NCBI GenBank assembly: GCA_035531595.1
Contig: DATKSN010000001.1
Location: forward strand, 40,533 to 104,532
Length of the DNA: 64,000 nt
Origin: Pirellulales bacterium
GTDB taxonomy: Bacteria; Planctomycetota; Planctomycetia; Pirellulales; JAICIG01
Direction: 5' to 3'
The position numbers and the translations under genes were made by a program. This document shows, one piece after another, positions 48,883 to 58,504 of this stretch. The first letter of the stretch is position 1; every line of letters begins with the position of its first letter. Below the pieces are notes generated by a model, which searched no databases, was not told the origin of the DNA, and worked only from the letters and a program-made list of their open reading frames with translations.

Positions 48883-49569
48883 CCCGGATACCTCCAACTC
48901 GCTTAAATTCCTGACCCTCCTCGTTCCTTTGAACCGATCATCGCGATCCAAGAGCACGGCCTGCCAGCCGGCGGCCAGCGCGCCATGGTAGTCGTTGGCG
49001 AGGTCGTCGCCGACCAAGAGCAACTGTTCGGGCTTGAGCCCCAGCCTCGCCTCGACGGCGCGAAAGAAGGCCGGCTTCGGCTTGCGGTGGCCAAGCCGCG
49101 ACGAGATGAACAACTGGCAGCCCGCCAAAGGCGGCAGCCCACCGCAAAGGGCTTCGAGCCGCGAGTCGAAATTCGACGCCACGCCGAGCACAAGCCGCCG
49201 CCCATCCGCCCGCCGTTGTCGGCCGAGCCGCCGCCAGGCCTCCGCGGCGCCGGCCATCAGCCGCCAATGTTTCGGCTCGGCGAAGTGTTGCCAGAGCGCC
49301 GCGAACAGGGCCTCGGGTTCGGCCACGTCGTCGAATACCTCACCGACGATCGTCCGCCAACGCGCTTGCTCGGCCGCCTCGCTGGCGCGGCCGGTGGTGT
49401 CGGCGGCGTCGATTGCTTCCCGCCGCCTGAAAGCCGCGAGAAACCGGGTTTGAATTTCGCCCTCGGCGAGCGACGACCCGAAACGTCGGCCCGCCGCAGC
49501 GTAGGCGACGGCCACACTTGGGTGCGGTTCGATCAGCGTGCCCACGGCGTCGAAGAGAACGGCGTTAAC
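48868..49569 (-). CDS. HAD-IA family hydrolase
   Basis: LFDAVGTL, VASNFD, KPKPAFF, VGDDLANDY; no canonical start codon just upstream of motif I, so the start is uncertain. Confidence 0.8.
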   Translation of the reverse strand, partial: VNAVLFDAVGTLIEPHPSVAVAYAAAGRRFGSSLAEGEIQTRFLAAFRRREAIDAADTTGRASEAAEQARWRTIVGEVFDDVAEPEALFAALWQHFAEPKHWRLMAGAAEAWRRLGRQRRADGRRLVLGVASNFDSRLEALCGGLPPLAGCQLFISSRLGHRKPKPAFFRAVEARLGLKPEQLLLVGDDLANDYHGALAAGWQAVLLDRDDRFKGTRRVRNLSELEVSGLSGL

Positions 49570-49843
49570 CTGCGTAGGCCAACGAGCCGGCGGTCGGCTG
49601 CGAGTAGGCGACGTCCACGGCGTCGACGAATTGCACCACGCCCGCCACCCGGCGACAACAGCTCTGGCAAAGCTGCTTTTCATAAAAGGTCTGCACCCTT
49701 CCGCGCAGGGTAACGATACCCGCCTCGGCGTGAACGGAAAGGTGGCGGAGGCCAGGCACATGGCGCCCTTCCAGATAGTTCACCACGCGCCGTTCCAGAT
49801 CGCGATCCTCGAATTCGCTGCGCAGGGTCGGCAAGTTTTGCAT
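49565..49843 (-). CDS. BON domain protein
   Basis: DRDLERRV...GIVTLRGRVQTFYEKQL...RRVAGVVQFVDAVDV; alternative start at 49858. Confidence 0.8.
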   Translation of the reverse strand: MQNLPTLRSEFEDRDLERRVVNYLEGRHVPGLRHLSVHAEAGIVTLRGRVQTFYEKQLCQSCCRRVAGVVQFVDAVDVAYSQPTAGSLAYAG

Positions 49844-50074
49844 GATCCATTTCTCCATGGGTCTCGATACGACCCAAACCAGTGCAACCACCGTGCCAAT
49901 CACGCGTGAGCCGCTCGGCCAGAGGGCAAGCCGCGATGTGCAACCTGCCGATGGAATTGAGTTTAGCGATGGTCCCGCAGATTTGAAAGCCCGCTTTCGC
50001 ATGCGCGCGATGCTTGCAATTCGTGCCTATTTTTTGTGCAAGGCGGACGAAGTTGCCGCGGCCATGCTAGCTAG

Positions 50075-50119
50075 CCCGTATTATTCATGGCCCGGGGAGG
50101 AACTCGCGCACTGTGCTGT
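50075..50119 (+). mobile_element. Truncated MITE-A (left end)
   Basis: CTAG-CCCGTATTATTCATGGCCCGGGGAGGAACTCGCGCACTGTGCTGT. Confidence 0.8.
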
Positions 50120-50127
50120 GGCGCTTC

Positions 50128-50556
50128 TTACCAAAGCCCGTAGCCAGTGCCCGTGACTTGGGCACTGTAGAAGGCGCCGCCGCGCGGGCCAGGCCAAAGG
50201 TAGGGATTGCCGCGATGGTTGGCACCCCAGCCCGGCGAGTAGCTGCCGTTGAATGGCGAGGCGTTCACCGTCGGGCGAGCGTTCGAAAACCCGTACCATT
50301 GCATGGCGGCGATTCGCCGCTGGCGCTGGGCGGCCTTGAACTCGGCTTTCCGCCGCACGGCCTGCTTAGGGTCGTCGTATCGGCGGCTTTCCCGCAGGTA
50401 AAACCACATTTCCGGCGTCATTTGGGCCATCGAGCTGACTTCTTCGACAGGCGGCTTTGGATCGGCCGCCCGCTTGGTGGGCCGCGGTGGCTGAGCGTGA
50501 GCGCTGGCCGCTAATAAGGCCACCACGGCTGCCAAGGAAAACACAACATTCTTCAT
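50128..50556 (-). CDS. Secreted hypothetical protein
   Basis: Signal MKNVVFSLAAVVALLAASAHA; 142 aa; TPEMWFY and WYGFSNARP segments. Confidence 0.7.
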   Translation of the reverse strand: MKNVVFSLAAVVALLAASAHAQPPRPTKRAADPKPPVEEVSSMAQMTPEMWFYLRESRRYDDPKQAVRRKAEFKAAQRQRRIAAMQWYGFSNARPTVNASPFNGSYSPGWGANHRGNPYLWPGPRGGAFYSAQVTGTGYGLW

Positions 50557-50692
50557 GGGTCGAATCTCGCAAATCGGGTTTTGCTGGAACCTTGCTTGCG
50601 CTGCGGGTTAGTGTTGGGCCGGTCGTAAGCAACGCCTGCAAAGGTTTTTCGGCATTTGACGTCCGTGGCGATAAGTACGATTTTGAGGAAAA

Positions 50693-51472
50693 TTACGCCA
50701 TACGGTCCTGCCGGCGCAGGAAACTGTGGTAATCACCCTCGTCCCCTTCCACGACCAGGACGAAAAGCAGCGTGCCGTCGGTCCAGGCGCCGGTCGTCCG
50801 CCCGAAGGTGAACCTTCCCGGAGGGGGCGACGTTGGCAGACCGGCGGCTACCATCGGCCGAGTCCACGATTTCAAATCGATGACGTAGAGCGTGGCCCGC
50901 TTGCCCCTGGCGCCGGTCAAGGCGTAGGCCAGGCCGGCACGACCTAGCAAGTGGCGCACGGGCCTCCAGCGGGTGCGCGCGTTGGTCGCCACGGCGGAGG
51001 GGCAAAGATAGCCGGTCTGTGGCGAGGCCTCGGCGAGCGACGCGCCTTCGGCCGGGGGCGGCACCTGGTCGTGAAAGTCGCGCACTTCGGCAATCAGCGT
51101 ATCATAGTCCATGGGCGGCGCCGCGGTGGACAACCAGAACCAGGCGACGCCGGCCGCCAGTGCGGCCGCTACCGAACCAGAAACCAGCCAGCGCCGCCGG
51201 CCGACGCGCCGGCGCCCCTCGGCCAACTGCATGTCGGACAGAAGGCGCTCGGCCAAGCCAACGGGAACGGGCACTTGCTCCATCGCGCGGCCGACGGCAC
51301 GGTCGACCTGCCCGACCTTGTGGCGCATCAAGCTCACCGCCGCGTCGCGCGCGAGGTCTTCGGCGAGCAGCGTCGAGTCGACCGGCCCTGGGGGAAAGGC
51401 GTCGACCCGAACCCCCAATTCCATTTGGGAAGGGTCGTCGCGGTCGCGATCATCGTCGAATTCTTCGTTCAT
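50693..51472 (-). CDS. Putative anti-sigma factor (single TM)
   Basis: Directly downstream of the ECF sigma gene; VPVPVGLAERL, RRRW + TM, C-terminal extracytoplasmic domain. Confidence 0.6.
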   Translation of the reverse strand: MNEEFDDDRDRDDPSQMELGVRVDAFPPGPVDSTLLAEDLARDAAVSLMRHKVGQVDRAVGRAMEQVPVPVGLAERLLSDMQLAEGRRRVGRRRWLVSGSVAAALAAGVAWFWLSTAAPPMDYDTLIAEVRDFHDQVPPPAEGASLAEASPQTGYLCPSAVATNARTRWRPVRHLLGRAGLAYALTGARGKRATLYVIDLKSWTRPMVAAGLPTSPPPGRFTFGRTTGAWTDGTLLFVLVVEGDEGDYHSFLRRQDRMA

Positions 51473-51541
51473 CGTATCGACCTCACCTCAACCTTGCATT
51501 ACCAGGGGGCTAACGCCCCGCGCTCGCCCCGCGTTCCCATC

Positions 51542-52102
51542 TCAACCGCGTCCCAGTTTCAAGGGTCGAACGGACGCTGGATGCGCCCGGGGAGGCGATT
51601 CGTCGGATATTTCGGGCAACAACCGGGCGCGCAAATGTCCCTTGGCACGCGACAAACGGCTCATCACCGTGCCGGCCGGCAAGGAGAGCTTCTCCGCGAT
51701 GTCGCGGTAGGAACAGCCTTCAAAGTAGAACAACATGAGCACGATTTTGAACTCGTCGGGTAATTCGTCGAGCGCCGTCTGGAGCCGTTCGGGATCAATG
51801 GCCAGTTCGTCGGGCAGATCCTCGGGAATGCTTTCAACATCCAGATCGAGGTGGGTGGCAGTGAGTGGCACGCGTTTCCGCTTGGTCTTGAGGTAACAAT
51901 TGCGCACGATGGTGAATAACCAGCCGCGGGCGTGGCGCGGGTCGCGCAACTGGCCGAGCTTCCGCTGGGCGGCGAGAAAGGCTTGCTGCGTGAGATCCTC
52001 GGCGTCGCAGACGGCGCCGGTCAGCCGGTAGGCATACCGATAGACCGCCGCGTGCTGCTCGGCGACGAGAAGTGCCATGTCCAAAACGGGTTTCTCCGCC
52101 AT
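51542..52102 (-). CDS. ECF RNA polymerase sigma factor
   Basis: VYRYAYRLTG, DAEDLTQQAFL, WLFTIVRN, YFEGCSYRDIAEKLSLPAGTVMSRLSRA. Confidence 0.93.
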   Translation of the reverse strand: MAEKPVLDMALLVAEQHAAVYRYAYRLTGAVCDAEDLTQQAFLAAQRKLGQLRDPRHARGWLFTIVRNCYLKTKRKRVPLTATHLDLDVESIPEDLPDELAIDPERLQTALDELPDEFKIVLMLFYFEGCSYRDIAEKLSLPAGTVMSRLSRAKGHLRARLLPEISDESPPRAHPASVRPLKLGRG

Positions 52103-52389
52103 GATCCGTCTACCGGTTAACGAGCCTCGAAGCGGGGGATATATTCCCCCTAATTCCCCGCCGTCTGGAAAAAAATGACAAAAACCACGGATAGTACGGA
52201 TAATTTCACCGATAGCATGTGGTTCTTACCAAGCGGCATTGTTATAGTTTACAAAATTGTAGCCGTTGGGGAATATTTTCCCAGCGGGCGGGATCATAGA
52301 GAGTACGAAGCAAGCCTTATCGACATCGCGCAGGATGGCCCTGCTCCGACGGTCAGGCGACATAACTTGAAACGAAGAAAGGTGTTACG

Positions 52390-52782
52390 ATGAAGAAGTT
52401 CGCACTGCTGAGTATGCTGTTGGGCTTGGGTCTGTTTGTCGCAGGCTGCGATGAGAAGAAGCCTAAGGTCATGCCTAAGGTCGCGCCAGCCATCCCGGCC
52501 GCCGGCGCCAACGCCAACGACAACGCCCCCGGCGGTGATGCCGCCGGCGCCCACGACGCCGCCGGCGCCCACGATTCGGCCGCCGACGCCGATAAGGACG
52601 CGGCAAACGAGCACGGAGACGCCGCGCATGAAGACGCCGCGCACGAAGACGCCGCGAAAGAGGACGCCGCGAAAGAGGACGCCGCGAAAGAGGGCGACGA
52701 ACCCAAGGCCGATGGCGACGAACCCAAGACCAATGGCGACGAACCGAAGGCCGACGAAGAAGGCGAGCCCAAGAGCGAGTAA
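52390..52782 (+). CDS. Acidic low-complexity lipoprotein
   Basis: MKKFALLSMLLGLGLFVAGC lipobox; EDAAK/H and DEPKA repeats. Confidence 0.8.
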   Translation: MKKFALLSMLLGLGLFVAGCDEKKPKVMPKVAPAIPAAGANANDNAPGGDAAGAHDAAGAHDSAADADKDAANEHGDAAHEDAAHEDAAKEDAAKEDAAKEGDEPKADGDEPKTNGDEPKADEEGEPKSE

Positions 52783-52788
52783 GCCAAC

Positions 52789-52857
52789 GGGGCCGCGGAG
52801 CGGCCGAAGATGTGTTCGGGGCACCCGCGCAGCGGGTCAGCGGAGCGTGGGAACAAG
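52789..52857. repeat. REP-3 copy
   Basis: Near-identical to the 3' part of 2871-3014. Confidence 0.8.
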
Positions 52858-53042
52858 CAATGCGCCGACGGTGGACAATCCAGGCCGGGAAAGGAACACG
52901 CAAGTTGTCCTTTCCCGGCTTTTTTCTACTCGCACCCGCGCAACGGGTCAGCGGGGTGTGGAACCAAGAGAACCGGAAAGCGGACCTTATTGCAAGATCG
53001 CGCAGGATGGACCTGCCGCCGCGATTGGGCCAAGGATCTTAA

Positions 53043-53173
53043 CCCGGATTATTCATGGTCCGGGGAGGAACTCGCGCACTGTGCTGTAGCAGAATTCGCA
53101 AGAATTCTGGCGTAACTCGTGTCCACGGCCTGACTTCTTGCGAAGCCAGCTACGGGACCATGAATAATCCGGG
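53043..53173 (+). mobile_element. MITE-A (131 bp)
   Basis: TTAA duplication; lies 26 nt upstream of the next start codon. Confidence 0.9.
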
Positions 53174-53199
53174 TTAAAACGACGAAGGGATTTTTTCCA

Positions 53200-53529
53200 A
53201 TGAAGAAACGAGCGATGTTGAGCATGTTGTTGGGGTTGGGTCTGTTCGTGGGCGGTTGTAGCCCCGAGACAACCAAGAAAGTCAAGGACGCCGAGAAGAG
53301 CGTGATGGACGACGCCAAGGTGGCGGGCGAAAAGGCCGCCGAGGAAGCCAAGCAGGCAGGCGAAAAGGCGAAGGAAGAAGCCGAGCTTGCGGGCGAGAAG
53401 GCCAAGGAGGCCGGTGAAAAGGCCGTCGAGGAAGTCAAGGAAGCCGGCGAAAAGGCCGTCGACAAGGTCAAAGGTGAGACCGAGGCGAAATCGACCAAGG
53501 GCGAGCCGGGCGAGCCTGCCCCCGAGTAA
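53200..53529 (+). CDS. Low-complexity (LEA-like) lipoprotein, paralogous signal peptide
   Basis: MKKRAMLSMLLGLGLFVGGC; AGEKAxEE repeats. Confidence 0.8.
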   Translation: MKKRAMLSMLLGLGLFVGGCSPETTKKVKDAEKSVMDDAKVAGEKAAEEAKQAGEKAKEEAELAGEKAKEAGEKAVEEVKEAGEKAVDKVKGETEAKSTKGEPGEPAPE

Positions 53530-53538
53530 GCGGGCGAT

Positions 53539-53698
53539 TATACCTCATGCGGCCGACAATGAGACATTTTGCCACGAGAAAGCGGTGGCTGGTGGCAGAG
53601 CCTAAGCGATGCCCCGGCTAGATAGATAGCGACCGGGGCATCGCTTAGGCTCTGCCCCAGCCACCGTGAATGTCTCATGCTCGACCGCGTGAAGTATA
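53539..53698 (+). mobile_element. MITE-B (160 bp)
   Basis: Matches 43418-43573 with a 4-bp duplication in the hairpin loop (CTAGATAGATAGCGA). Confidence 0.85.
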
Positions 53699-54439
53699 TC
53701 AGAACTCCAATTCCAAACCGTCGGTGGCCAGCCAGGTTCGCGGAAAAATCGCGCGGGCCACACCAAGGCCGACCGGGTCGACCTCGTTGGAGTTCGCGTT
53801 GAGGTGCGTTAGGATCAAGCGGCGGACGCCTGCGGCGCGGGCCACCTCGGCGACGAGCGTGGTGGTGCTGTGGCCCGTCAAGATCGCGTGCTCGCTGAGC
53901 GAGTCGTCGAACGTGCATTCGTGGATCAACAAGTCGACGTCGCGGATCCGCCCCACGTAATCGGCGGCCGGATCGGCCGTCGTGTCGGTAACATAGGCCA
54001 GCGAGTGACCCGGCCACTCAAGCCGGAATCCGACCGCGGCGCCCGGGTGCGTCAAGGGAAAGTGGCTCAGCCTGCCACCGCCGGGCAAGTCGACGTCGCC
54101 CGTCAACGGCCGGTACTCGCACGGGAGCTTGATTGGGAACAAAAGTTCGCTGAGCAAGTGCTCCTGGATGGCGGCGAGCTTGGCCGCTTCGCCGTACACC
54201 ACGACCCGCTTCGTGGGCCTCTGGTGAAGCACGTCGAACAGAAAGGTCAAGCCGACGACATGATCGAGGTGCGCATGCGAGAGGAAAATCAGCAACTCCT
54301 CGCTGGCCAGCCGCTGGCCCACTCGGAACATGCCCGTCCCCGCGTCGAGCACGATGCCCAACTCCGGGATCATCACGCACGCCGTGTGCCGAATCTCATT
54401 CGGGTGATAGCCCGACGAACCTAGAACGACAACTCGCAT
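53699..54439 (-). CDS. MBL-fold metallo-hydrolase (RNase Z/BN-like)
   Basis: MRVVVLGSSG, DAGTG, SHAHLDHVVG, YVTDT, LIHECTF, GHST, LILTH. Confidence 0.88.
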   Translation of the reverse strand: MRVVVLGSSGYHPNEIRHTACVMIPELGIVLDAGTGMFRVGQRLASEELLIFLSHAHLDHVVGLTFLFDVLHQRPTKRVVVYGEAAKLAAIQEHLLSELLFPIKLPCEYRPLTGDVDLPGGGRLSHFPLTHPGAAVGFRLEWPGHSLAYVTDTTADPAADYVGRIRDVDLLIHECTFDDSLSEHAILTGHSTTTLVAEVARAAGVRRLILTHLNANSNEVDPVGLGVARAIFPRTWLATDGLELEF

Positions 54440-54687
54440 TCTCAGGTGCTCCGCGTGCCCAGGCCCAGCGGACGATCGCGCCGCGGGCCAACCCCATTGT
54501 GCCATATTCGCCCCGCCAATGCGCGTCTAAATCGCTTCAAATGAACGCTTTGCGCAAGCCGCTCCGCCGCTGGGGCGGACGCCGCTGGGCTTGATCTTAA
54601 TGAAATTTCCGTATACGATCCTTTAGGTCATTGATTGGTGTGGACTTCAGCTATCCGTCCTTGGTGCCCAACAGTAAGGGAATCCCG

Positions 54688-56814
54688 ATGTTTCATTCGG
54701 TTGCCACCGCTCATCGTTTTCGCGCGCGATTTCTCCTCGGCCTGTGTTTGGCGTTGGCCTTCCGCCCGGGGCAGGTCGCGTGGGCCGAATTGGGGGTTCC
54801 GACACCCGCCGACCGCCAAGTCACCAACGCGGTGACCACGCTGTTGCGTGACGACCACCTGTTGCGGCACCCGCTCGACGACGAGATCTCGCAACGGTTG
54901 CTCAAGGGCTTCCTCCGCATGCTCGACTCGCCCAAGCTCTACTTCTACCAGAGCGACATCGACGGCTTCACGGCCAAGAAGAATGAGCTGGACGACCAAC
55001 TCAAGCGGAACGACGTGTCGTTCTCGTACACCGTGTTCCGCACGTTGCTGAAACGGTTGGACGAGCGCGTGGCCTTGGTCGACGAATTGTTGGAAATGGA
55101 GCAAGACTTCACGATCGATGAGGATCTGGTGATCGACCCCGACGAGGCCCATTACCCCAAGGACGCGGCCGAGGCCAGGGATCTGTGGCGCAAGCGGATC
55201 AAGTACGAATTGCTGGCGCTCAAGGCCGACGCCAAGACCAAGACCGAGTCGGGCAAGAATTCCGGGGCGAAGGGGGACCATCCCAAGCCCGAGTCGCCCA
55301 GCAAGCCTCCCGAAGACCCGCGGCAGCGACTGCGCCGCCGTTACCGCAGCTTCGCGAAACGCATGCACCAGACCGACCATGAAGAGTTGCTGGAAATGTA
55401 TCTGACCAGCCTGACCATGGCCTACGATCCGCACACCACCTATATGTCGCCCAGCAATTACGAGAACTTCGAGATCCAGATGCGGCTGAACCTTGAGGGA
55501 ATCGGCGCCTCGCTGCAGTTCGACGACGGCTACACGGTGGTCAAGCAAATCATCCAGGGAGGGGCCGCCGACCGTGACGGTCGGCTCAAGCCCGACGATC
55601 GAATCGTCGGCGTGGGCCAGGGCGAAACAGGCGAGATCGTCGACACGGTGGAAATGAAGCTCAACGATGTGGTGGCCATGATTCGCGGCCATCGCGGCAC
55701 GACCGTGCGCCTCGAAGTCATTCCGGCGGCGCAAACCGAACATAAGATCTACAACATCGTCCGCGACCAGATCGAGCTGACCGAGAGCGAAGCGCGCAGC
55801 GACATCATCGAAAAGGAAAAAGACGGCCGCGCGTACCGCCTCGGCGTGATCGACCTGCCGAGCTTCTACATGGACATGGACGCCGCCAAGGAAGGTCATC
55901 TCGACTTCAAGAGCACGACCCGCGACGTGGCGGCGTTGTTGGACGATTTCAGGGCCAAGGAAGTCGACGCGGTCGTGCTCGACCTGCGGCGCAACGGCGG
56001 CGGTTCGCTCATCGAGGCCATCAACCTGACCGGTCTGTTCATCGACCAGGGGCCGATCGTGCAGGTGAAGAACAAGGACGGCCGCGTGGAGCAATACAAT
56101 GATGAGCACCGAGGCACCGCTTGGGACGGGCCGCTGATCGTGTTGACGAGCAAGCTCAGCGCCAGCGCCAGCGAGATTTTCGCCGGGGCGATCCAGGATT
56201 ACGGTCGCGGGCTGATCGTGGGCGACAAGACGACTCACGGCAAGGGAACCGTGCAGAGCCTGCTCGACCTGGGCCGCCGCTTGTTTCGCCTGGGCAATGC
56301 GCCTCCCATGGGCGCCTTGAAGATCACGGTGCAACAGTTCTACCGGCCCAACGGCGACAGCACCCAGAACCGGGGTGTGCTGGCCGACGTCGAACTGCCC
56401 AGCTTCACCAACGTGCTCGAGAAGCTCGGCGAGTCCGACCTCGATTACGCCTTGAAGTTCGACCACATCGCCCCCGTCACCTACCAGAAGATGCACATGG
56501 TGGATAAGACGGTGCTGGAGCAATTGAAACAGATTTCGTCCGAACGGCGCTCGCACTCGGCCGGGTTCCAGAAACTCTTGCGCGACATTCAACGCTACCT
56601 GGAGCAGAAGGAACGCAAATCCGTTTCGCTGAACGAACGAAAATTCATGGCCGAACGCGAGGAATTGAGCGCCGAACGGGAGGAAGAAAAACAGTTCGAG
56701 GAGCTCAGCAACACCAAGCGTCCGGTGTTCGATAAGACCGACTTCTACAACCAGGAAACCTTGGCCATCGCGGTCGACTATTTGCAGTTGATCCGTCTGG
56801 CCAGGGCCAATTGA
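54688..56814 (+). CDS. prc: Carboxy-terminal processing protease (Prc/Tsp, S41)
   Basis: YDPHTTY, GIGASL, PDZ domain, DLRRNGGGSL, SASASEIFAGAIQDYGR, GKGTVQ, QFYRPNGDSTQNRGV. Confidence 0.92.
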   Translation: MFHSVATAHRFRARFLLGLCLALAFRPGQVAWAELGVPTPADRQVTNAVTTLLRDDHLLRHPLDDEISQRLLKGFLRMLDSPKLYFYQSDIDGFTAKKNELDDQLKRNDVSFSYTVFRTLLKRLDERVALVDELLEMEQDFTIDEDLVIDPDEAHYPKDAAEARDLWRKRIKYELLALKADAKTKTESGKNSGAKGDHPKPESPSKPPEDPRQRLRRRYRSFAKRMHQTDHEELLEMYLTSLTMAYDPHTTYMSPSNYENFEIQMRLNLEGIGASLQFDDGYTVVKQIIQGGAADRDGRLKPDDRIVGVGQGETGEIVDTVEMKLNDVVAMIRGHRGTTVRLEVIPAAQTEHKIYNIVRDQIELTESEARSDIIEKEKDGRAYRLGVIDLPSFYMDMDAAKEGHLDFKSTTRDVAALLDDFRAKEVDAVVLDLRRNGGGSLIEAINLTGLFIDQGPIVQVKNKDGRVEQYNDEHRGTAWDGPLIVLTSKLSASASEIFAGAIQDYGRGLIVGDKTTHGKGTVQSLLDLGRRLFRLGNAPPMGALKITVQQFYRPNGDSTQNRGVLADVELPSFTNVLEKLGESDLDYALKFDHIAPVTYQKMHMVDKTVLEQLKQISSERRSHSAGFQKLLRDIQRYLEQKERKSVSLNERKFMAEREELSAEREEEKQFEELSNTKRPVFDKTDFYNQETLAIAVDYLQLIRLARAN

Positions 56815-56817
56815 TGG

Positions 56818-57363
56818 CTAGGTCAACCGCGCCAGGGCGGCCAGCGCCTCCTTGACCTTTTCGATGCTGCCGACCTGGCCGACCAGTTTCTTGGCCGCCA
56901 CGAGGTCGTCGATGGAAATCGACACCGACGTGGCGCGGGCGGCGGAAGTGGACCTGCCTGCGGCGCCCTTGCGTCGCCGCCGCCTCATGCCCATGCCTTT
57001 GAGCACGCTGCTGATCTGTCCCGACGTGGCTTCGATCCCCTTGGCCGCCAGCGCCGCGCGAACATCCATGGGCCGTACCGGCTTCGCCATGCCCTTGGCG
57101 ATTTCACGGATGGCGTCCGCCTTGGTGCTGCCGGCGCCGTTGCTTGAAATCGCGGCCGTCGCCGTGGCTTCCTTCTTCTTCGCACGCTTCGCGGCGCGCT
57201 GCTTCCTTCCGGCGGTTTTCACTTGGTACACGAGGCCGGGCGTCACGATCACGCCCTGTTCCTTCAAACCGTCCACGACCTGTTGCGCGTCGGTGACGGA
57301 ATGTGCGCGCATGTAGTCGCGGATCGCCTGGCTTCGGCTCACGCCTTCGGTGGTTCTTGCCAT
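56818..57363 (-). CDS. Basic planctomycete-type hypothetical protein with two internal repeats
   Basis: SRSQAIRDY...VVDGLKEQGV and TKADAIREI...VRAALAAKGI; Lys/Arg-rich linkers; DDLVAAKKL C-terminus. Confidence 0.7.
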   Translation of the reverse strand: MARTTEGVSRSQAIRDYMRAHSVTDAQQVVDGLKEQGVIVTPGLVYQVKTAGRKQRAAKRAKKKEATATAAISSNGAGSTKADAIREIAKGMAKPVRPMDVRAALAAKGIEATSGQISSVLKGMGMRRRRRKGAAGRSTSAARATSVSISIDDLVAAKKLVGQVGSIEKVKEALAALARLT

Positions 57364-57559
57364 TCTTGGAGTCTCCGGTTGGGTGCCCGCTTTATGTCTA
57401 AAGTAGTGTCAGCATAGACTCACCCGTGCTGGAATGCAAACGCGATGGGCCGTTTCGCCGCCTTCCCGACGTTCCCCCCCGATGTCGCCCCGCCGCTTGA
57501 CTCCCCGCGTCAACCGGCTAGGCTCAATTCCAGGGGATCTCAATACCGAAAGCCGATCC

Positions 57560-58504
57560 ATGTCGCGACCTCGATCGTTAGGTTGGCCGATCACGCTCGG
57601 CGTGGTCTTGATCGTGCTCCTGGTCGCGCTGATGATCGGCTGGGTGGTTCTGTCGATCCAGGAGGGCACCTGGGGCCTGTTGACGGTAGGCACCATCTTC
57701 CTGGTCTTGGTGCTGGTGGGCGTGGTGCTTTACCTGACGATCGCGGTCACGCAAATCAGCCTCAACCAGCGGCAATCGAACTTCATCGACAGTGTGACGC
57801 ACGAGTTGAAAAGCCCGATCGCCTCGCTCAAACTCTATTTGCAGACGCTGAGCCGCCGCAACGTCCCCGAGGCCCAGCAGGCCGATTTCTACCGTTTCAT
57901 GCTTGCCGACCTCGACCGGCTCGACACGCTGATCAACCACATGCTCGACGCCGCCCGGCTCGACCAGATCCCGCTCGACGGCGAATTGCTCGACCTGGAG
58001 TTGGCTCCGATCCTGGAGAGCTGCGCTCTGACGGTCTGCCTGCGCTATCGCATCCCCGCCGAGACGGTGTCGCTCGACCTGGCGCCGACGGTGGTCCGCG
58101 GACGGCCGATCGACATCGAAATGGTGTTCCGCAACCTGATCGACAACGCGGTCAAGTATTCGGGAACGCAGGCCAAGATCGGCGTCGAATCGTGGGCGAA
58201 CATTCGCGGGATGGTGGTGACGCGCGTCAGCGACAACGGGCCCGGCATTCCCGCCAAGCTGCGGCGCAAGATCTTCGGCCGCTTCGTGCGGCTAGGCAAC
58301 GAGTTGGAACGCGCCCAAACCGGCACGGGCCTGGGGCTGTTCATCGTGCGCACCCTGGTCAAGCGGATGAGGGGCAAGATCACGGTGCGCGGCCGCGGCC
58401 CGCGGCCGGGAACGGTGTTCGAGGTCGAACTGCCCGGCCACGCGCTCCCAGCGAGCGACGTGTCGCGGCCGGCGGTCGTCGCCGTTGGGTTGAAACATGG
58501 CTGA
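57560..58504 (+). CDS. Sensor histidine kinase
   Basis: Two TMs; SVTHELKSP, NLIDNAVKY, DNGPGI, GTGLGLFIV. Confidence 0.93.
   Translation: MSRPRSLGWPITLGVVLIVLLVALMIGWVVLSIQEGTWGLLTVGTIFLVLVLVGVVLYLTIAVTQISLNQRQSNFIDSVTHELKSPIASLKLYLQTLSRRNVPEAQQADFYRFMLADLDRLDTLINHMLDAARLDQIPLDGELLDLELAPILESCALTVCLRYRIPAETVSLDLAPTVVRGRPIDIEMVFRNLIDNAVKYSGTQAKIGVESWANIRGMVVTRVSDNGPGIPAKLRRKIFGRFVRLGNELERAQTGTGLGLFIVRTLVKRMRGKITVRGRGPRPGTVFEVELPGHALPASDVSRPAVVAVGLKHG

Noticed and set aside
49560-49600. Programmed frameshift or readthrough joining BON and HAD genes
   Set aside because: The HAD gene lacks a nearby canonical start, but no slippery site is visible. An upstream or non-canonical start, or a sequence error, is equally likely.
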